A DNA stretch of 64,000 bases. Origin: Abditibacterium sp. Lineage in GTDB: Bacteria > Armatimonadota > Abditibacteriia > Abditibacteriales > Abditibacteriaceae. Location of the stretch: positions 3,168,001 through 3,232,000 of the forward strand of contig CBDASK010000003.1 of the NCBI GenBank assembly GCA_965199495.1. Direction: 5' to 3'. Of the stretch, positions 1 through 9,312 are shown piece after piece. The notes under the pieces were generated by a model. The model did not search any database. It was not told where the DNA came from and was given only the letters and a program-made list of their open reading frames with translations. The position numbers and the translations under genes were made by a program. Numbering within the stretch: position 1 is the first letter of the stretch; each line of letters starts with the position of its first letter.

Positions 1-970
1 AAGCCATGTTCATCGTTTGCATCTTCCACTGCGAAGCGCCTTCTTTGATCGCCTGATAAATCTGACCGGTACGACCTTCTTCAATATATTGGGCCACGGT
101 TGGGCTAACATTGAGAATTTCGATGGCGCAGGCGCGGCCTTTGCCGTCTACGGTCGGCACCAATTTCTGCGACAGAATCGCGCGCAGAGTTTTGCTCAAG
201 CGCTGTTGCACCAACTCTTTTTCGTGCGGCTGAAACATCGAAAGCATGCGCTCCATGCTTTCGGCGGCGGACGGCGTGTGCAGCGTCGAAAAAACCAAGT
301 GACCGGTTTCGGCGGCTTGCAGACAGATGCCCATCGTTTCGGCGTCGCGAAGCTCGCCGACCAGAATAATATCGGGCGCTTCGCGCAAAGCGGCGCGCAG
401 GGCGCTGGCGAAATTTTTGGTGTCCAGACCGACTTCGCGCTGCGAAACGAAACAGTTTTTGTCAGGATGGACGTATTCAATCGGGTCTTCGATGGTGACG
501 ATATGACCTTTGCGCTCTTGGTTTATTAAATCAATCATCGCCGCCAAAGTCGTGGATTTGCCGCTGCCCGTGGCTCCCGTCACCAAGACTAAACCGGAAT
601 GGGCGCGCGTGAATTCGGCCAGAACTTCGGGCAGACCCAGTTCAGAGAATTTGCGGATGCGCAGTTGAACCACGCGCAAACAGAGCGCGTAGCCGCCCTT
701 GACCTTATAGATGTTGACGCGAAAACGCGCGATGTCGGGGATGTTGTAGGAAACATCGTGGTCGGGGTCTTTCTGAAAATGCTCGAACTGTTCGGGCGTC
801 ATCAGGCTGCGCACGACCGGCTCCAAATCTTCTTTGGTGAGCGGCGGATGTTCGAGCTTGCGCAACGTCGAATCAATTTTGAGCGCGGGGGGCGCGTCTT
901 CTTTAATGTAAATGTCGGACGCGCCGCTCTCGGCGGCGAATCGGCACAATCCTTCAAAATCAAGAGCCAT
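1..970 (-). CDS. pilT: Type IV pilus retraction ATPase, PilT/PilU family (3' end runs off the window; absent from the ORF track)
   Basis: Hand translation from ATG 970: MALDFEGLCRFAAESGASDIYIK...GLVLVTGATGSGKSTT (Walker A)...TIEDPIEY (Asp box)...QREVG...ALREAPDIILVGELRD (Walker B)...AETGHLVFSTLHT (His box). Confidence 0.93.
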   Translation of the reverse strand, partial: MALDFEGLCRFAAESGASDIYIKEDAPPALKIDSTLRKLEHPPLTKEDLEPVVRSLMTPEQFEHFQKDPDHDVSYNIPDIARFRVNIYKVKGGYALCLRVVQLRIRKFSELGLPEVLAEFTRAHSGLVLVTGATGSGKSTTLAAMIDLINQERKGHIVTIEDPIEYVHPDKNCFVSQREVGLDTKNFASALRAALREAPDIILVGELRDAETMGICLQAAETGHLVFSTLHTPSAAESMERMLSMFQPHEKELVQQRLSKTLRAILSQKLVPTVDGKGRACAIEILNVSPTVAQYIEEGRTGQIYQAIKEGASQWKMQTMNMA

Positions 971-1031
971 AATTGGAAAACCTTGGGAGTTGGAATCTGA
1001 AAATTTCAGATTTTAGATGTTCACTTGCGAA

Positions 1032-1499
1032 CTAAACAGTTTGGCTTTGCCAGTGCCGAAACGACAACAGCGCGCCTGCTCCAATGCTGGCAACGGCCAG
1101 CAAAGCGAAAAACCACGAAAGCGGCGTCGGCGTCATTTGATCAACGCGCAGTCCGCTGGTCAGCGCCGCGCGCACCGCGCCGTGCAACGTCAGCAAGCAA
1201 AACGCCGCCATCAGCCAGCCAAAGGCCGATAACAGCAAACCGTTATCGCGCAAGCGCAGGTCGCTTTCGCGCGCGTAGCCAAAACCGTAGCAGACCGCCA
1301 GCGCCAGAGGCACCGGCGTCATCCACAGATAAGCCGTGTCGAGCGCCACATCGCCGCCCAACAGGCCGATGCCCACGCCCAGAGCGTAAAGCAGCAACAC
1401 CGCCGCGCCAACAAAAAACGCGACATTCTGCGCCGCGTCATCGGCGCGCGAAGGGGAATTGGCTGGAAGCACGTTAAAAGCATAACTCAAATTAGCCAT
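1032..1499 (-). CDS. Hypothetical membrane protein (about 4 TM)
   Basis: Four hydrophobic segments in ORF 1032..1595; ATG 1499 chosen to avoid overlap with the divergent gene. Confidence 0.65.
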   Translation of the reverse strand: MANLSYAFNVLPANSPSRADDAAQNVAFFVGAAVLLLYALGVGIGLLGGDVALDTAYLWMTPVPLALAVCYGFGYARESDLRLRDNGLLLSAFGWLMAAFCLLTLHGAVRAALTSGLRVDQMTPTPLSWFFALLAVASIGAGALLSFRHWQSQTV

Positions 1500-1563
1500 C
1501 GTTTGAATGGCTGGAAATGTTTCCCGGCGCAAGGGAAACGTTCGCTGCGTTAAATTATCTGGG

Positions 1564-2604
1564 GTGACGCCCGATTCCATTTTGCGCGAGGCCATCGAAA
1601 ACGCCGCTTTTCCCGGCGCCGTGGCTTGGTGCGCGCGCGGCGAAAACGTGATGTTTCACGGTGCGCAGGGCCATTTGGGCCTCGCGCCGCCGTTCGATAA
1701 GCCCGCCGATTTAAACACGATTTACGATTTGGCTTCGCTCACCAAAATCTACGTGTTGGCCGCCGCGTTGCGCTGTTTGCGCGCGCACCAAATCGCGCTC
1801 GATACGCCGTTGGCCCATTTTCTCGACGGCTTCGCGCCGTCAATTACGCTCGCGCATTTGATGAATCATAGCAGCGGCCTCGATCTGCATCTGCAAGCGC
1901 TGACAGAACTTCCAATTGAACAATGGTTGCCCCAAATCCGTGTTGCGCCGATAACAGCCACGCCGGGCGAGCGCGTGCTTTATCTTTGCACCAACTATTT
2001 TTTGCTGGGCCGCGCGCTCGCTCAAATCGAGGGCGTGCCGCTCGAAACCATCGTCGAAAAATATGTTTTGAAACCCGCCAATCTGCGCGCGACGTTTGCG
2101 CCGATGGTTTTTGCCAACGTCGCGCCAACCGAAACGGACGGGCAAGGCGGCACTTTTCGCGGCATCGTTCACGACGAAGCCGCGCGCGCTTTTCGCGCGC
2201 AAACCGGCGATTGCGCGGGCAACGCCGGAGTGTTCGCCGACGCGCGAGATGTCGGCAAATTCGGCCAATTATGGCTGGACAATTTCTTCCATCCCGCCGA
2301 CGTGGCTGCTGTTTGCGCGCGTCCGTTGCCCGAAGAAAGCGGCGCGCGCGGATTGGGTTTTCAAATTGACAAACCGTTTTATATGAGCGACAAAGCGCCG
2401 CCTAATACGTGGGGACATCTGGGTTTTACCGGCCCGTCTCTGGTCATTCATCGCGCGACGAAAAGCGTGATTGTGCTGCTCAATAATCGCGTTCATCCCA
2501 CGCGCAACGGGCCGAATCGCATGCCGTGGCATCGCGCGCTGGCGGCGTGGAGTTTTTCGGATGTCGCATCCGTCCAGCGAATGAATTCGCGGCTGGGAGG
2601 CTAA
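1564..2604 (+). CDS. Serine hydrolase, beta-lactamase class C/AmpC-like family
   Basis: YDLASLTK (SxxK), YLCTNY, WGHLGFTG, LNNRVHP motifs; start uncertain (GTG 1564 vs ATG 1507). Confidence 0.88.
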   Translation: MTPDSILREAIENAAFPGAVAWCARGENVMFHGAQGHLGLAPPFDKPADLNTIYDLASLTKIYVLAAALRCLRAHQIALDTPLAHFLDGFAPSITLAHLMNHSSGLDLHLQALTELPIEQWLPQIRVAPITATPGERVLYLCTNYFLLGRALAQIEGVPLETIVEKYVLKPANLRATFAPMVFANVAPTETDGQGGTFRGIVHDEAARAFRAQTGDCAGNAGVFADARDVGKFGQLWLDNFFHPADVAAVCARPLPEESGARGLGFQIDKPFYMSDKAPPNTWGHLGFTGPSLVIHRATKSVIVLLNNRVHPTRNGPNRMPWHRALAAWSFSDVASVQRMNSRLGG

Positions 2605-2714
2605 AGCCGGAAGTCCGCCTACGCGGACACGAGATTACAACTGTTCTTCGTGTCCGCGCAGGCGGACTTCCGGCTTTAGCCTCCCAGCCGCGAATTTATT
2701 CGCTGGACGGATGC
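2566..2714. repeat. Composite REP-like inverted repeat (about 67-bp arms)
   Basis: GCATCCGTCCAGCGAATGAATTCGCGGCTG...GTCCGCCTACGCGGACACGA and its near-perfect reverse complement at 2648-2714. Confidence 0.9.
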
Positions 2715-2721
2715 TTTGAAC

Positions 2722-2760
2722 AATCCGAAATCTGACATCCGCCATCCGACATCTGAAATA
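2722..2760 (+). repeat. Tandem heptamer repeat (MATCYGA-like)
   Basis: aatccga aatctga catccgc catccga catctga; related units at 33936-33968 and 34057-34088. Confidence 0.7.
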
Positions 2761-2770
2761 CTTCAGCGCG

Positions 2771-4363
2771 ATGAAATTATTTTTCACAAGCGCGCTCACG
2801 TTGAGCGCGCTGAGTTGCGTTTGGGCCAAACCCGCGCCGACCCAATTGCCGCCCGCGACGCTAAAACAAATCGAAAGTTTGCTGCGCCATCCCGGCATTC
2901 AGAACGCGCGCGTCGGCATTTCGGTTGTGGCATTGGGCGAAGCGAAAACTCCGGCGCAATTTCCCGCCAATCCCTACGATAACGGCGCGCAACCTTTACT
3001 GTTTGGCCGCGACGAAACCAAGCGATTCACGCCCGCCAGCAATTTTAAATTGTTCACCGCGACGTGGGCCTTGAAAACGCTGGGGCCAAAAACTACGCTC
3101 GAAACGAAAGTTTTGGCCGCGCCCGCCACTTTTCTCAAGCCCGGTTCGTGGCCCGATAGTGAAAAGACGCCGACGGTTTTGACGCTCGTTGGCGGCGGCG
3201 ACCCTTCGCTTACGACCGAGGATATTCAGGCGCTGGCGCGTCAGATTACGTCGCCGATTGCGGGTGCCGACAAAGGATTTTTCGTGGTGCGCGCGCAAAA
3301 TTCCATCGCGGGCGATTTGCTCAACGGCGAATTTGGCGGGCACCGCTATCCCGACGGTTGGACGCTCGACGATGCGATTTGGTATTACGGCGCGCCCGTC
3401 ACCGGTCTGGCGGTCAATCGCAACGAGGTGGATGTGAAGATTACTGGCGCCGATAAAGCGGGCGAGCTGGCGCAAACCGCGAGCGAGCCAAATGCGCCAT
3501 TTCAAATTTTGTCCACGGTGATTACGGTGGATAAAACCGATGCGCGCGCCGGAAAAATTTCGTGGGACAGAGGCGATTCCGATTCGCCGCTGGGCAACAC
3601 GCTGCGCCTGCGCGGTTTTATCGCGGTCGGCGCCCGCGCGACCGAAGGTATTGCCGTCCCCGATCCGACGCAGTGGGCGGCCAACATTTTGGCCGACGAA
3701 ATCGTGGCGCAGGGCGGCAAAATCGCCCAACTGAGCAGTCCCTATTCGATTGACCAAGCCGTCGTCGTGGCGCGCCACCAATCAGCGCCGGTCGGCACGT
3801 TGATTCACCGCTTTCTCAAAAATTCCGATAATCTCTATGGCGAAATGCTGCTGCGCCGCGCCGGAGCCACGATTACCAAAGACGCGCCATTGCCACCAAA
3901 TTCGGGCGCCTCCATTTCGTCGGAGGGCGTGGCTGCAGTTGCGCACCGCAACCTTATCGGTTGGCTAATGCAAAACAAAGTGCCCGTTGCGGGTCTGCGT
4001 TTTTCCGACGGCAGCGGTCTGTCGCGCTACGATACAGCCACGCCGCTCGCCATCACGCGCGTGTTGGGTGTCGCGCAAACGTTGGACGGCGGCGATTTAT
4101 TCTACAACTCGCTCCCGATTGCTGGCGTTGATGGCACGCTAAAAAATCGTTTCAAAGATAGCGCCGCGCAGGGCAATTTGCACGGCAAAACCGGCACCTT
4201 TTCTACCGTCAATTGCCTGAGTGGCTACGTCACCACGCGCGACGGGCAACGTCTGGCGGTCTCGATTTTGACCAACTTCATCGAAGACAGCGAACTCGCC
4301 CGCAACTGGGAAGGCCGCATCATGGCGACTTTGGCGAACGCGAGTTGGACGGAGAAAAAATAA
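2771..4363 (+). CDS. dacB: D-alanyl-D-alanine carboxypeptidase/endopeptidase (PBP4, peptidase S13)
   Basis: Signal peptide; PASNFK, NSDN, DGSGLSR, HGKTGT motifs. Confidence 0.93.
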   Translation: MKLFFTSALTLSALSCVWAKPAPTQLPPATLKQIESLLRHPGIQNARVGISVVALGEAKTPAQFPANPYDNGAQPLLFGRDETKRFTPASNFKLFTATWALKTLGPKTTLETKVLAAPATFLKPGSWPDSEKTPTVLTLVGGGDPSLTTEDIQALARQITSPIAGADKGFFVVRAQNSIAGDLLNGEFGGHRYPDGWTLDDAIWYYGAPVTGLAVNRNEVDVKITGADKAGELAQTASEPNAPFQILSTVITVDKTDARAGKISWDRGDSDSPLGNTLRLRGFIAVGARATEGIAVPDPTQWAANILADEIVAQGGKIAQLSSPYSIDQAVVVARHQSAPVGTLIHRFLKNSDNLYGEMLLRRAGATITKDAPLPPNSGASISSEGVAAVAHRNLIGWLMQNKVPVAGLRFSDGSGLSRYDTATPLAITRVLGVAQTLDGGDLFYNSLPIAGVDGTLKNRFKDSAAQGNLHGKTGTFSTVNCLSGYVTTRDGQRLAVSILTNFIEDSELARNWEGRIMATLANASWTEKK

Positions 4364-4499
4364 GCCACCAAGTGCGCGAAGGGGCACAAAGATGGGAAAA
4401 GAAATTAATTTGTAAAAGCAAAACTATGAAATTTAGTTCTGTTCCTTTTTAATCTCTTTTCCCATCTTTGTGCCCCTTCGCGCACTTGGTGGCTTATTT
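4358..4499. repeat. Long inverted repeat (about 45-bp arms) between convergent genes, likely a bidirectional terminator
   Basis: AAATAAGCCACCAAGTGCGCGAAGGGGCACAAAGATGGGAAAAGA ... reverse complement ending 4499. Confidence 0.88.
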
Positions 4500-4709
4500 C
4501 AAATCGTCGAATGTGGTTTGGTCTATTCCCAATTGGCGCAAAATATCGTAATAAAGCCGATTTCTGATTGTCGTAGAAGGATGAACTGGAATCGTTGTTG
4601 CCCGACCATCGGGATGAATCCAGGGTTGATGACTGCCTTTTTGACGCGATATGGCGAAACCTAATTTGCGCGCGACGCGCTGAAACTCGGACGATTTTGC
4701 ATCAGGCAC
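4494..4709 (-). CDS. hicA: HicA family toxin (mRNA interferase)
   Basis: GF-x3-RQKGSH...HPDGRATTIPVH signature; GTG start overlaps the upstream antitoxin stop. Confidence 0.88.
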   Translation of the reverse strand: MPDAKSSEFQRVARKLGFAISRQKGSHQPWIHPDGRATTIPVHPSTTIRNRLYYDILRQLGIDQTTFDDLK

Positions 4710-4914
4710 AAACAAGCTCCCGATTGGCGGGCAACGCTTCGCCGCGCGCGCGAAACTCGTCCGTAATCATCTCAAATACGAGTTGAAGTTCATCTAACGC
4801 TTCATCACGCGTTGGCATGAGCGCGTGACAACCTTCGATGGACGGGATTTGAGCGACCCACCAACCATCGCTCTGCCGGTAAAGCACAATGTGGTAATCG
4901 TTTATCGTTGACAT
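4702..4914 (-). CDS. hicB: Short HicB-like antitoxin (no DNA-binding domain)
   Basis: DGWWVAQIPSIEGCHA...TRDEALDEL...GEALP pattern, 70 aa, coupled to hicA. Confidence 0.85.
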   Translation of the reverse strand: MSTINDYHIVLYRQSDGWWVAQIPSIEGCHALMPTRDEALDELQLVFEMITDEFRARGEALPANRELVCA

Positions 4915-4935
4915 AATTCAAGTTTACTCGCGCGT

Positions 4936-6204
4936 TTAATTCAACGGGCGCAAAACCATTCCCGTCATCAATTTTGGATAAAAATAAGTGGACTTCTGTG
5001 GCATCTTTTCGCCCGACGCCGCGACTTCCGCGACCTGTTTGGCGGGCGTCGCACGCATCAAAAACGCCGCTTGCGCCGCGCCGCTCTCGACTTTTTCTAT
5101 CGCTTCTGCCGCATGAATCGTGTAACCGACGTGCTGCCCCGCCGCGAGTTTGTCGGCGTCAATGCCCAGTTCTTGTTCCAAGATTTGGTTGTGCAAAACC
5201 GAAACGTCCAACTTTTCCAACGCGCTTTGGGCGTTATTTTCGCGGAGCGTCAAAAGATAGCTCTGGCCGGGCAAATGCAAACCTAATTTCGCATTTCCGC
5301 CTTCATCGGCCAGCGCCTTCGATACAGCCACGGCGCCGCCATCGAGCGGCGTAACATCGAACAACTGTTTCAATGATGCGGGCAAATTCGCGACTTTTTC
5401 TGGCTCGACATTTTGGATCAAACGATGCGTCGGCAACACGATTAAACCGGCATCGTTCATCGAAACGCACATCATCATCACGCCGTTGGCGGCTTCGGCG
5501 CCCGTCCAATTTTCGCCCGCTTTTTCGCGCTGTTCGCGCATATAATTGAGCGCTGTTTCGTAGCGATGATGCCCATCGGCGATGAGAATATTCTCGTTCT
5601 CGAAGCCGGCTTCGATGCCGTTGACGGTTTCGTCGTCGGTGATTTTCCACAAACGATGCACAACGCCCTCGCCATCAGTCGCCACGCCGTCCGGGGCAGT
5701 CTCGCTAACGCTGTCCAAAAGCAGTTCAACCCACGCATCGTCGTCGGCGATTAATCCGAAAATCGGCGAAATATTGGTTTGCGTAGCGCGCAACAAATTC
5801 AAGCGGTCAGCTTTGGGGCCGCTCAGCGTGTGTTCGTGCGGTTGCACGCCTTCGCCAAACTCTTCCAAAGTGAGAGCGCCCATCACGCCGCGCCGTTTAA
5901 CCGTGTCGGGCGTGCCGGGCACGGCGAACTCTTGTTCATAAAGATAATACGACGAATCGTCGCGCACCAAAACGCCTTCGCTGATCCACTGCGAAAGTAA
6001 ATCGGCGGATTGTTGGTATTGCCCCGCCGTGGCTGCTTCGCCGTAGGGCGCGGCCAGTTCGACGGCGACGATGTTATGCGCGTCGCGCTGCATAAGTTCG
6101 GCGCGCGCGTCGCCTTTGATCACGTCGTAAGGCGGGCAAATGACGGCGGAGAGATCGGCGTCGGAAGAATAGCGGAGACCGCGAAAGGGAAGAAATTGTG
6201 CCAT
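4936..6204 (-). CDS. DUF1015 family protein
   Basis: PFRGLRY, PPYDVI, PHEHTL, IADGHHRYETA, MPQKSTYFYPKL motifs. Confidence 0.9.
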   Translation of the reverse strand: MAQFLPFRGLRYSSDADLSAVICPPYDVIKGDARAELMQRDAHNIVAVELAAPYGEAATAGQYQQSADLLSQWISEGVLVRDDSSYYLYEQEFAVPGTPDTVKRRGVMGALTLEEFGEGVQPHEHTLSGPKADRLNLLRATQTNISPIFGLIADDDAWVELLLDSVSETAPDGVATDGEGVVHRLWKITDDETVNGIEAGFENENILIADGHHRYETALNYMREQREKAGENWTGAEAANGVMMMCVSMNDAGLIVLPTHRLIQNVEPEKVANLPASLKQLFDVTPLDGGAVAVSKALADEGGNAKLGLHLPGQSYLLTLRENNAQSALEKLDVSVLHNQILEQELGIDADKLAAGQHVGYTIHAAEAIEKVESGAAQAAFLMRATPAKQVAEVAASGEKMPQKSTYFYPKLMTGMVLRPLN

Positions 6205-6246
6205 GATTTTTTAGGTTTTTGGGAGAAATGGTAAGTTTCATCGCCT

Positions 6247-6343
6247 CGTAGAGACGCCGATTTATCGCGTCTAAAACGTGAATGAATCCGCAAAGTTAGC
6301 GGGAATTATGACGTTTTAGACGCGATAAATCGGCGTCTCTACG
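6247..6343. repeat. GTAG-type REP doublet (REPIN-like)
   Basis: CGTAGAGACGCCGATTTATCGCGTCTAAAACGT and its reverse complement; other copies at 19598 and 20332. Confidence 0.9.
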
Positions 6344-6358
6344 GGAACAAAGCGAACT

Positions 6359-8185
6359 CTAATTATCCAATAATGCCGCCCGCTTACGCGCGGAGGCCTC
6401 CAAATCGGAAGCCAACGCATCATCGCGTTCGGCGCACGCCGCCGCCAATCGCTCTTCGCTCTGGCCCAGCGCGGCCAGAACTTCGGCGCGCGCTAAAGCC
6501 GGGTTGACGGTTTGCGCGACGGCTTTTTGCAACGCATCGGAAAAGCTCAATTGCGCCGCGTCCATTTCAACATGATCGACTTGTTCGATGCCCGTCGCCA
6601 ACAGCGAAATGCCGGTCATCGCGGCGGGTTTTTCGATGTTCATCAAGTCGAGTAATGTCGGCGCGATGTCGGCCAAACGTCCGCCGCCACGCAAAACGGC
6701 GCCTTCGGGGAAATGGCCCCACAGCGCGCACGGAACCGGATTCGTCGTGTGCGCCGTGTGCGGCTCGCCGGTTATCGGGTCAACCATCACTTCGCAATTG
6801 CCGTGATCGGCGATGACAATTAAAGCGCCGCCAACGCCTTCGATGGCGTCCATCACTATGCCCAAACCTTCGTCAGTCGCTTCGACGGCTTCAATCGCTG
6901 CGCTCAAAATGCCGGTGTGACCGACCATATCGGGGTTGGCGAAGTTGAGAATAATCAAGTCCAAATTGCCGCTTTCGATGGCGTATTTGACCGATTCAGC
7001 GACTTCGGGTTCGCTCATTTCGGGCTGCAAATCGTAAGTCGCTACGTCGGGCGAATTAACTAAGCTGCGTTCTTCGCCCGTCCAGGGCGTTTCCATGCCG
7101 CCCGAAAAGAAGAACGTGACGTGCGGATACTTCTCGGTCTCAGCGATGCGCAACTGCGTTTTTCCGGCTTTGGCGACGGTTTCGCCCAGACCGTCGCGTT
7201 GTGGGCGCGGCCCGAACGCATACGGCGCGGTTTGGTTTTCCGCATAACGCGTCATCGTCGTCCATAAAACATCGGGACGCACTTTGCGCACAAACGGCGC
7301 GCGCTCCGCGTCGGGCGGCGTGGCTGGTAGGTCGGCGTCGAAGTCGGGATCCAAAAACACGTCGGTCAGTTCGCGGCCCCGATCCGAGCGATAATTAAAG
7401 AAAATGACCGCGTCGCCATCTTCGATGCGCGGGCGCGGGTTGCCGTCTTTGTCGAGAACAACCGTCGCGCCGATAAATTCGTCGGTTTCGCCGCGCTCGT
7501 AAGCGGCTTTAATCGCGCTAATCGCGTCGGGCGCGCTGTGGCCGATGCCCTGCGTCAACAGTTCATACGCCTGTTTCACGCGCGGCCAGCGCGTGTCTCT
7601 GTCCATCGCGTAATAGCGCCCGACGACCGAACCGACGCAACCGCATCCGGTTTTCATCATCTGTTCGAGCAAACGCGAAACGTAGCCCAGACCCGATTGC
7701 GGCGGCGTATCGCGCCCATCGGTGAAAACGTGAAATACGACTTTATCGCCGGTCAAACCGTGGCGCGCCGCCATTTCGAGTAAAGCGAAATAATGGCCTT
7801 CTGAGGCGTGAACGTTGCCATTTGAAGTCAAACCCAGCAAATGCAAACGCGTGTTATTTTCTTTGACTTTATGAATCGCGGCGAGCAAATTTTCGTTGTC
7901 GAAAAATTCGCCGGTGCGAATGGACTGGTCAATCAGCGACGAATCCTGAAACACGATGCGCCCGGCGCCGATGTTGAGATGGCCGACTTCGGAGTTGCCC
8001 ATCACGCCGGGCGGCAAACCAACGTCAACGCCGTGCGCGACGAGTTGCGTGTGCGGCCCGCGCATCAAACGGTCGTAGTTGGGCGTGCGCGCCTGCGCGA
8101 CGGCGTTATTTTCGGGGTTATCGGAAAGGCCCCAGCCGTCCAAAATGGTCAGCATCACGGGGCGCGGAGTGGTTTGTTCAGACAT
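6359..8185 (-). CDS. gpmI: 2,3-bisphosphoglycerate-independent phosphoglycerate mutase
   Basis: ILDGWG, MGNSEVGH, DGRD, GRYYAMDRD, AETEKYPHVT, DMVGHTG, ADHGN, HTAHT. Confidence 0.96.
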   Translation of the reverse strand: MSEQTTPRPVMLTILDGWGLSDNPENNAVAQARTPNYDRLMRGPHTQLVAHGVDVGLPPGVMGNSEVGHLNIGAGRIVFQDSSLIDQSIRTGEFFDNENLLAAIHKVKENNTRLHLLGLTSNGNVHASEGHYFALLEMAARHGLTGDKVVFHVFTDGRDTPPQSGLGYVSRLLEQMMKTGCGCVGSVVGRYYAMDRDTRWPRVKQAYELLTQGIGHSAPDAISAIKAAYERGETDEFIGATVVLDKDGNPRPRIEDGDAVIFFNYRSDRGRELTDVFLDPDFDADLPATPPDAERAPFVRKVRPDVLWTTMTRYAENQTAPYAFGPRPQRDGLGETVAKAGKTQLRIAETEKYPHVTFFFSGGMETPWTGEERSLVNSPDVATYDLQPEMSEPEVAESVKYAIESGNLDLIILNFANPDMVGHTGILSAAIEAVEATDEGLGIVMDAIEGVGGALIVIADHGNCEVMVDPITGEPHTAHTTNPVPCALWGHFPEGAVLRGGGRLADIAPTLLDLMNIEKPAAMTGISLLATGIEQVDHVEMDAAQLSFSDALQKAVAQTVNPALARAEVLAALGQSEERLAAACAERDDALASDLEASARKRAALLDN

Positions 8186-8241
8186 AAAGCGAACGCGAGT
8201 TTAAAAGAATCGCTTGAGAGGGGTTCGATTGGCGCCCCAAT

Positions 8242-9174
8242 TCAAGCAGCCACGGCGCGCAGCAAGTCTTCGACATGACGGCGCGGCGGCGCGCCGAAAA
8301 AACGGCGATAATCGCGGCTGAAATGCGATGGGTCGTCGTAACCGACGCGCCCGCCCGCGCTGGCGGCGTCCAGTTCGCCCGCGAGCATCAGGCGTTTGGC
8401 CTCTTGCAAGCGCATCTGCTTGCCGAATTGCAGCGGGCTAAGGCCAGTCACGTCCTTGAAATGATGATGCAGCGCCGACAAACTCATGCCGGTTTCGCGC
8501 GCTAATTTTTCCAATTTTAGCGGCTTGTCGAAGTTCTGGCGCACCCATTCGATGGCGCCCAGAACGCGTTGCGTTTGTCCGCCGCTCGCCGCGATTTGAT
8601 GCAGACGCGGTGCTTGATCGGTTTGCAGCAGACGATAAACGATTTCGCGCGTTAACAAAGGCGCCAGAAATTTGGCGTCGTTTGGCGTCTCGAACAAACG
8701 CGCCAAACGCACGACGGCATCGAGCAAATTGGCGTTAATCGCGGGCGTTTCCATCGCCGCTAACGGCGCGCTGGAAGCTGGAAGTGCCAATTCGCTTTCG
8801 ACGAAGACCGAAGCGATGGTCGCCGCATCGAGTTCGAGCATGACCCACAAACACGGACAATGCGGCGTCGCTTCGATGACTTGTCCCGACGCGGGCAACG
8901 CGACTGAATTGAGCAAAAAGCGGCCTCGATTGTAGACCAAGTTTTGCGCGCCCATCGTAATTTGTTTGGCGCCTTGCGCCATGACGCACAGCATCGGCGT
9001 GTAAATCGCGTGGCTGGGCGCGGTTGGGCGATTGGCGCGCAAAGCCCACAGCGGCCCCAAACGAACGTGCGCGTCAAAATCGCCCAATGCCGCGCCCCCC
9101 GCGACGGCGCGTTCGATGATTTGTGCGAGTTCGTCCAATAAATTATCGAGTTCTGGCGAGTGTGAATTGGGCAT
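8242..9174 (-). CDS. AraC family transcriptional regulator (YqhC-like)
   Basis: AraC N-terminal domain plus C-terminal HTH (HHHFKDVTGLSPLQ...VGYDDPSHFSRDYRRFFG); divergent from ADH genes. Confidence 0.92.
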   Translation of the reverse strand: MPNSHSPELDNLLDELAQIIERAVAGGAALGDFDAHVRLGPLWALRANRPTAPSHAIYTPMLCVMAQGAKQITMGAQNLVYNRGRFLLNSVALPASGQVIEATPHCPCLWVMLELDAATIASVFVESELALPASSAPLAAMETPAINANLLDAVVRLARLFETPNDAKFLAPLLTREIVYRLLQTDQAPRLHQIAASGGQTQRVLGAIEWVRQNFDKPLKLEKLARETGMSLSALHHHFKDVTGLSPLQFGKQMRLQEAKRLMLAGELDAASAGGRVGYDDPSHFSRDYRRFFGAPPRRHVEDLLRAVAA

Positions 9175-9312
9175 CGCAGTTTCAGACGCGTAGCTTCGTC
9201 GCGGCTCCGCATTTTGCAGGATCGTCCAATGAAAAACGAAGATTGTTCAAGTCGTTGGCGTTTTTACAACGTTTGTTCAATGCAGCAAAAAAACTGCCGA
9301 CAGGAATCAACA

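Noticed and set aside
17..1000. Plus-strand ORFs 17..529 and 599..1000
   Set aside because: Antisense shadows of the minus-strand PilT gene.
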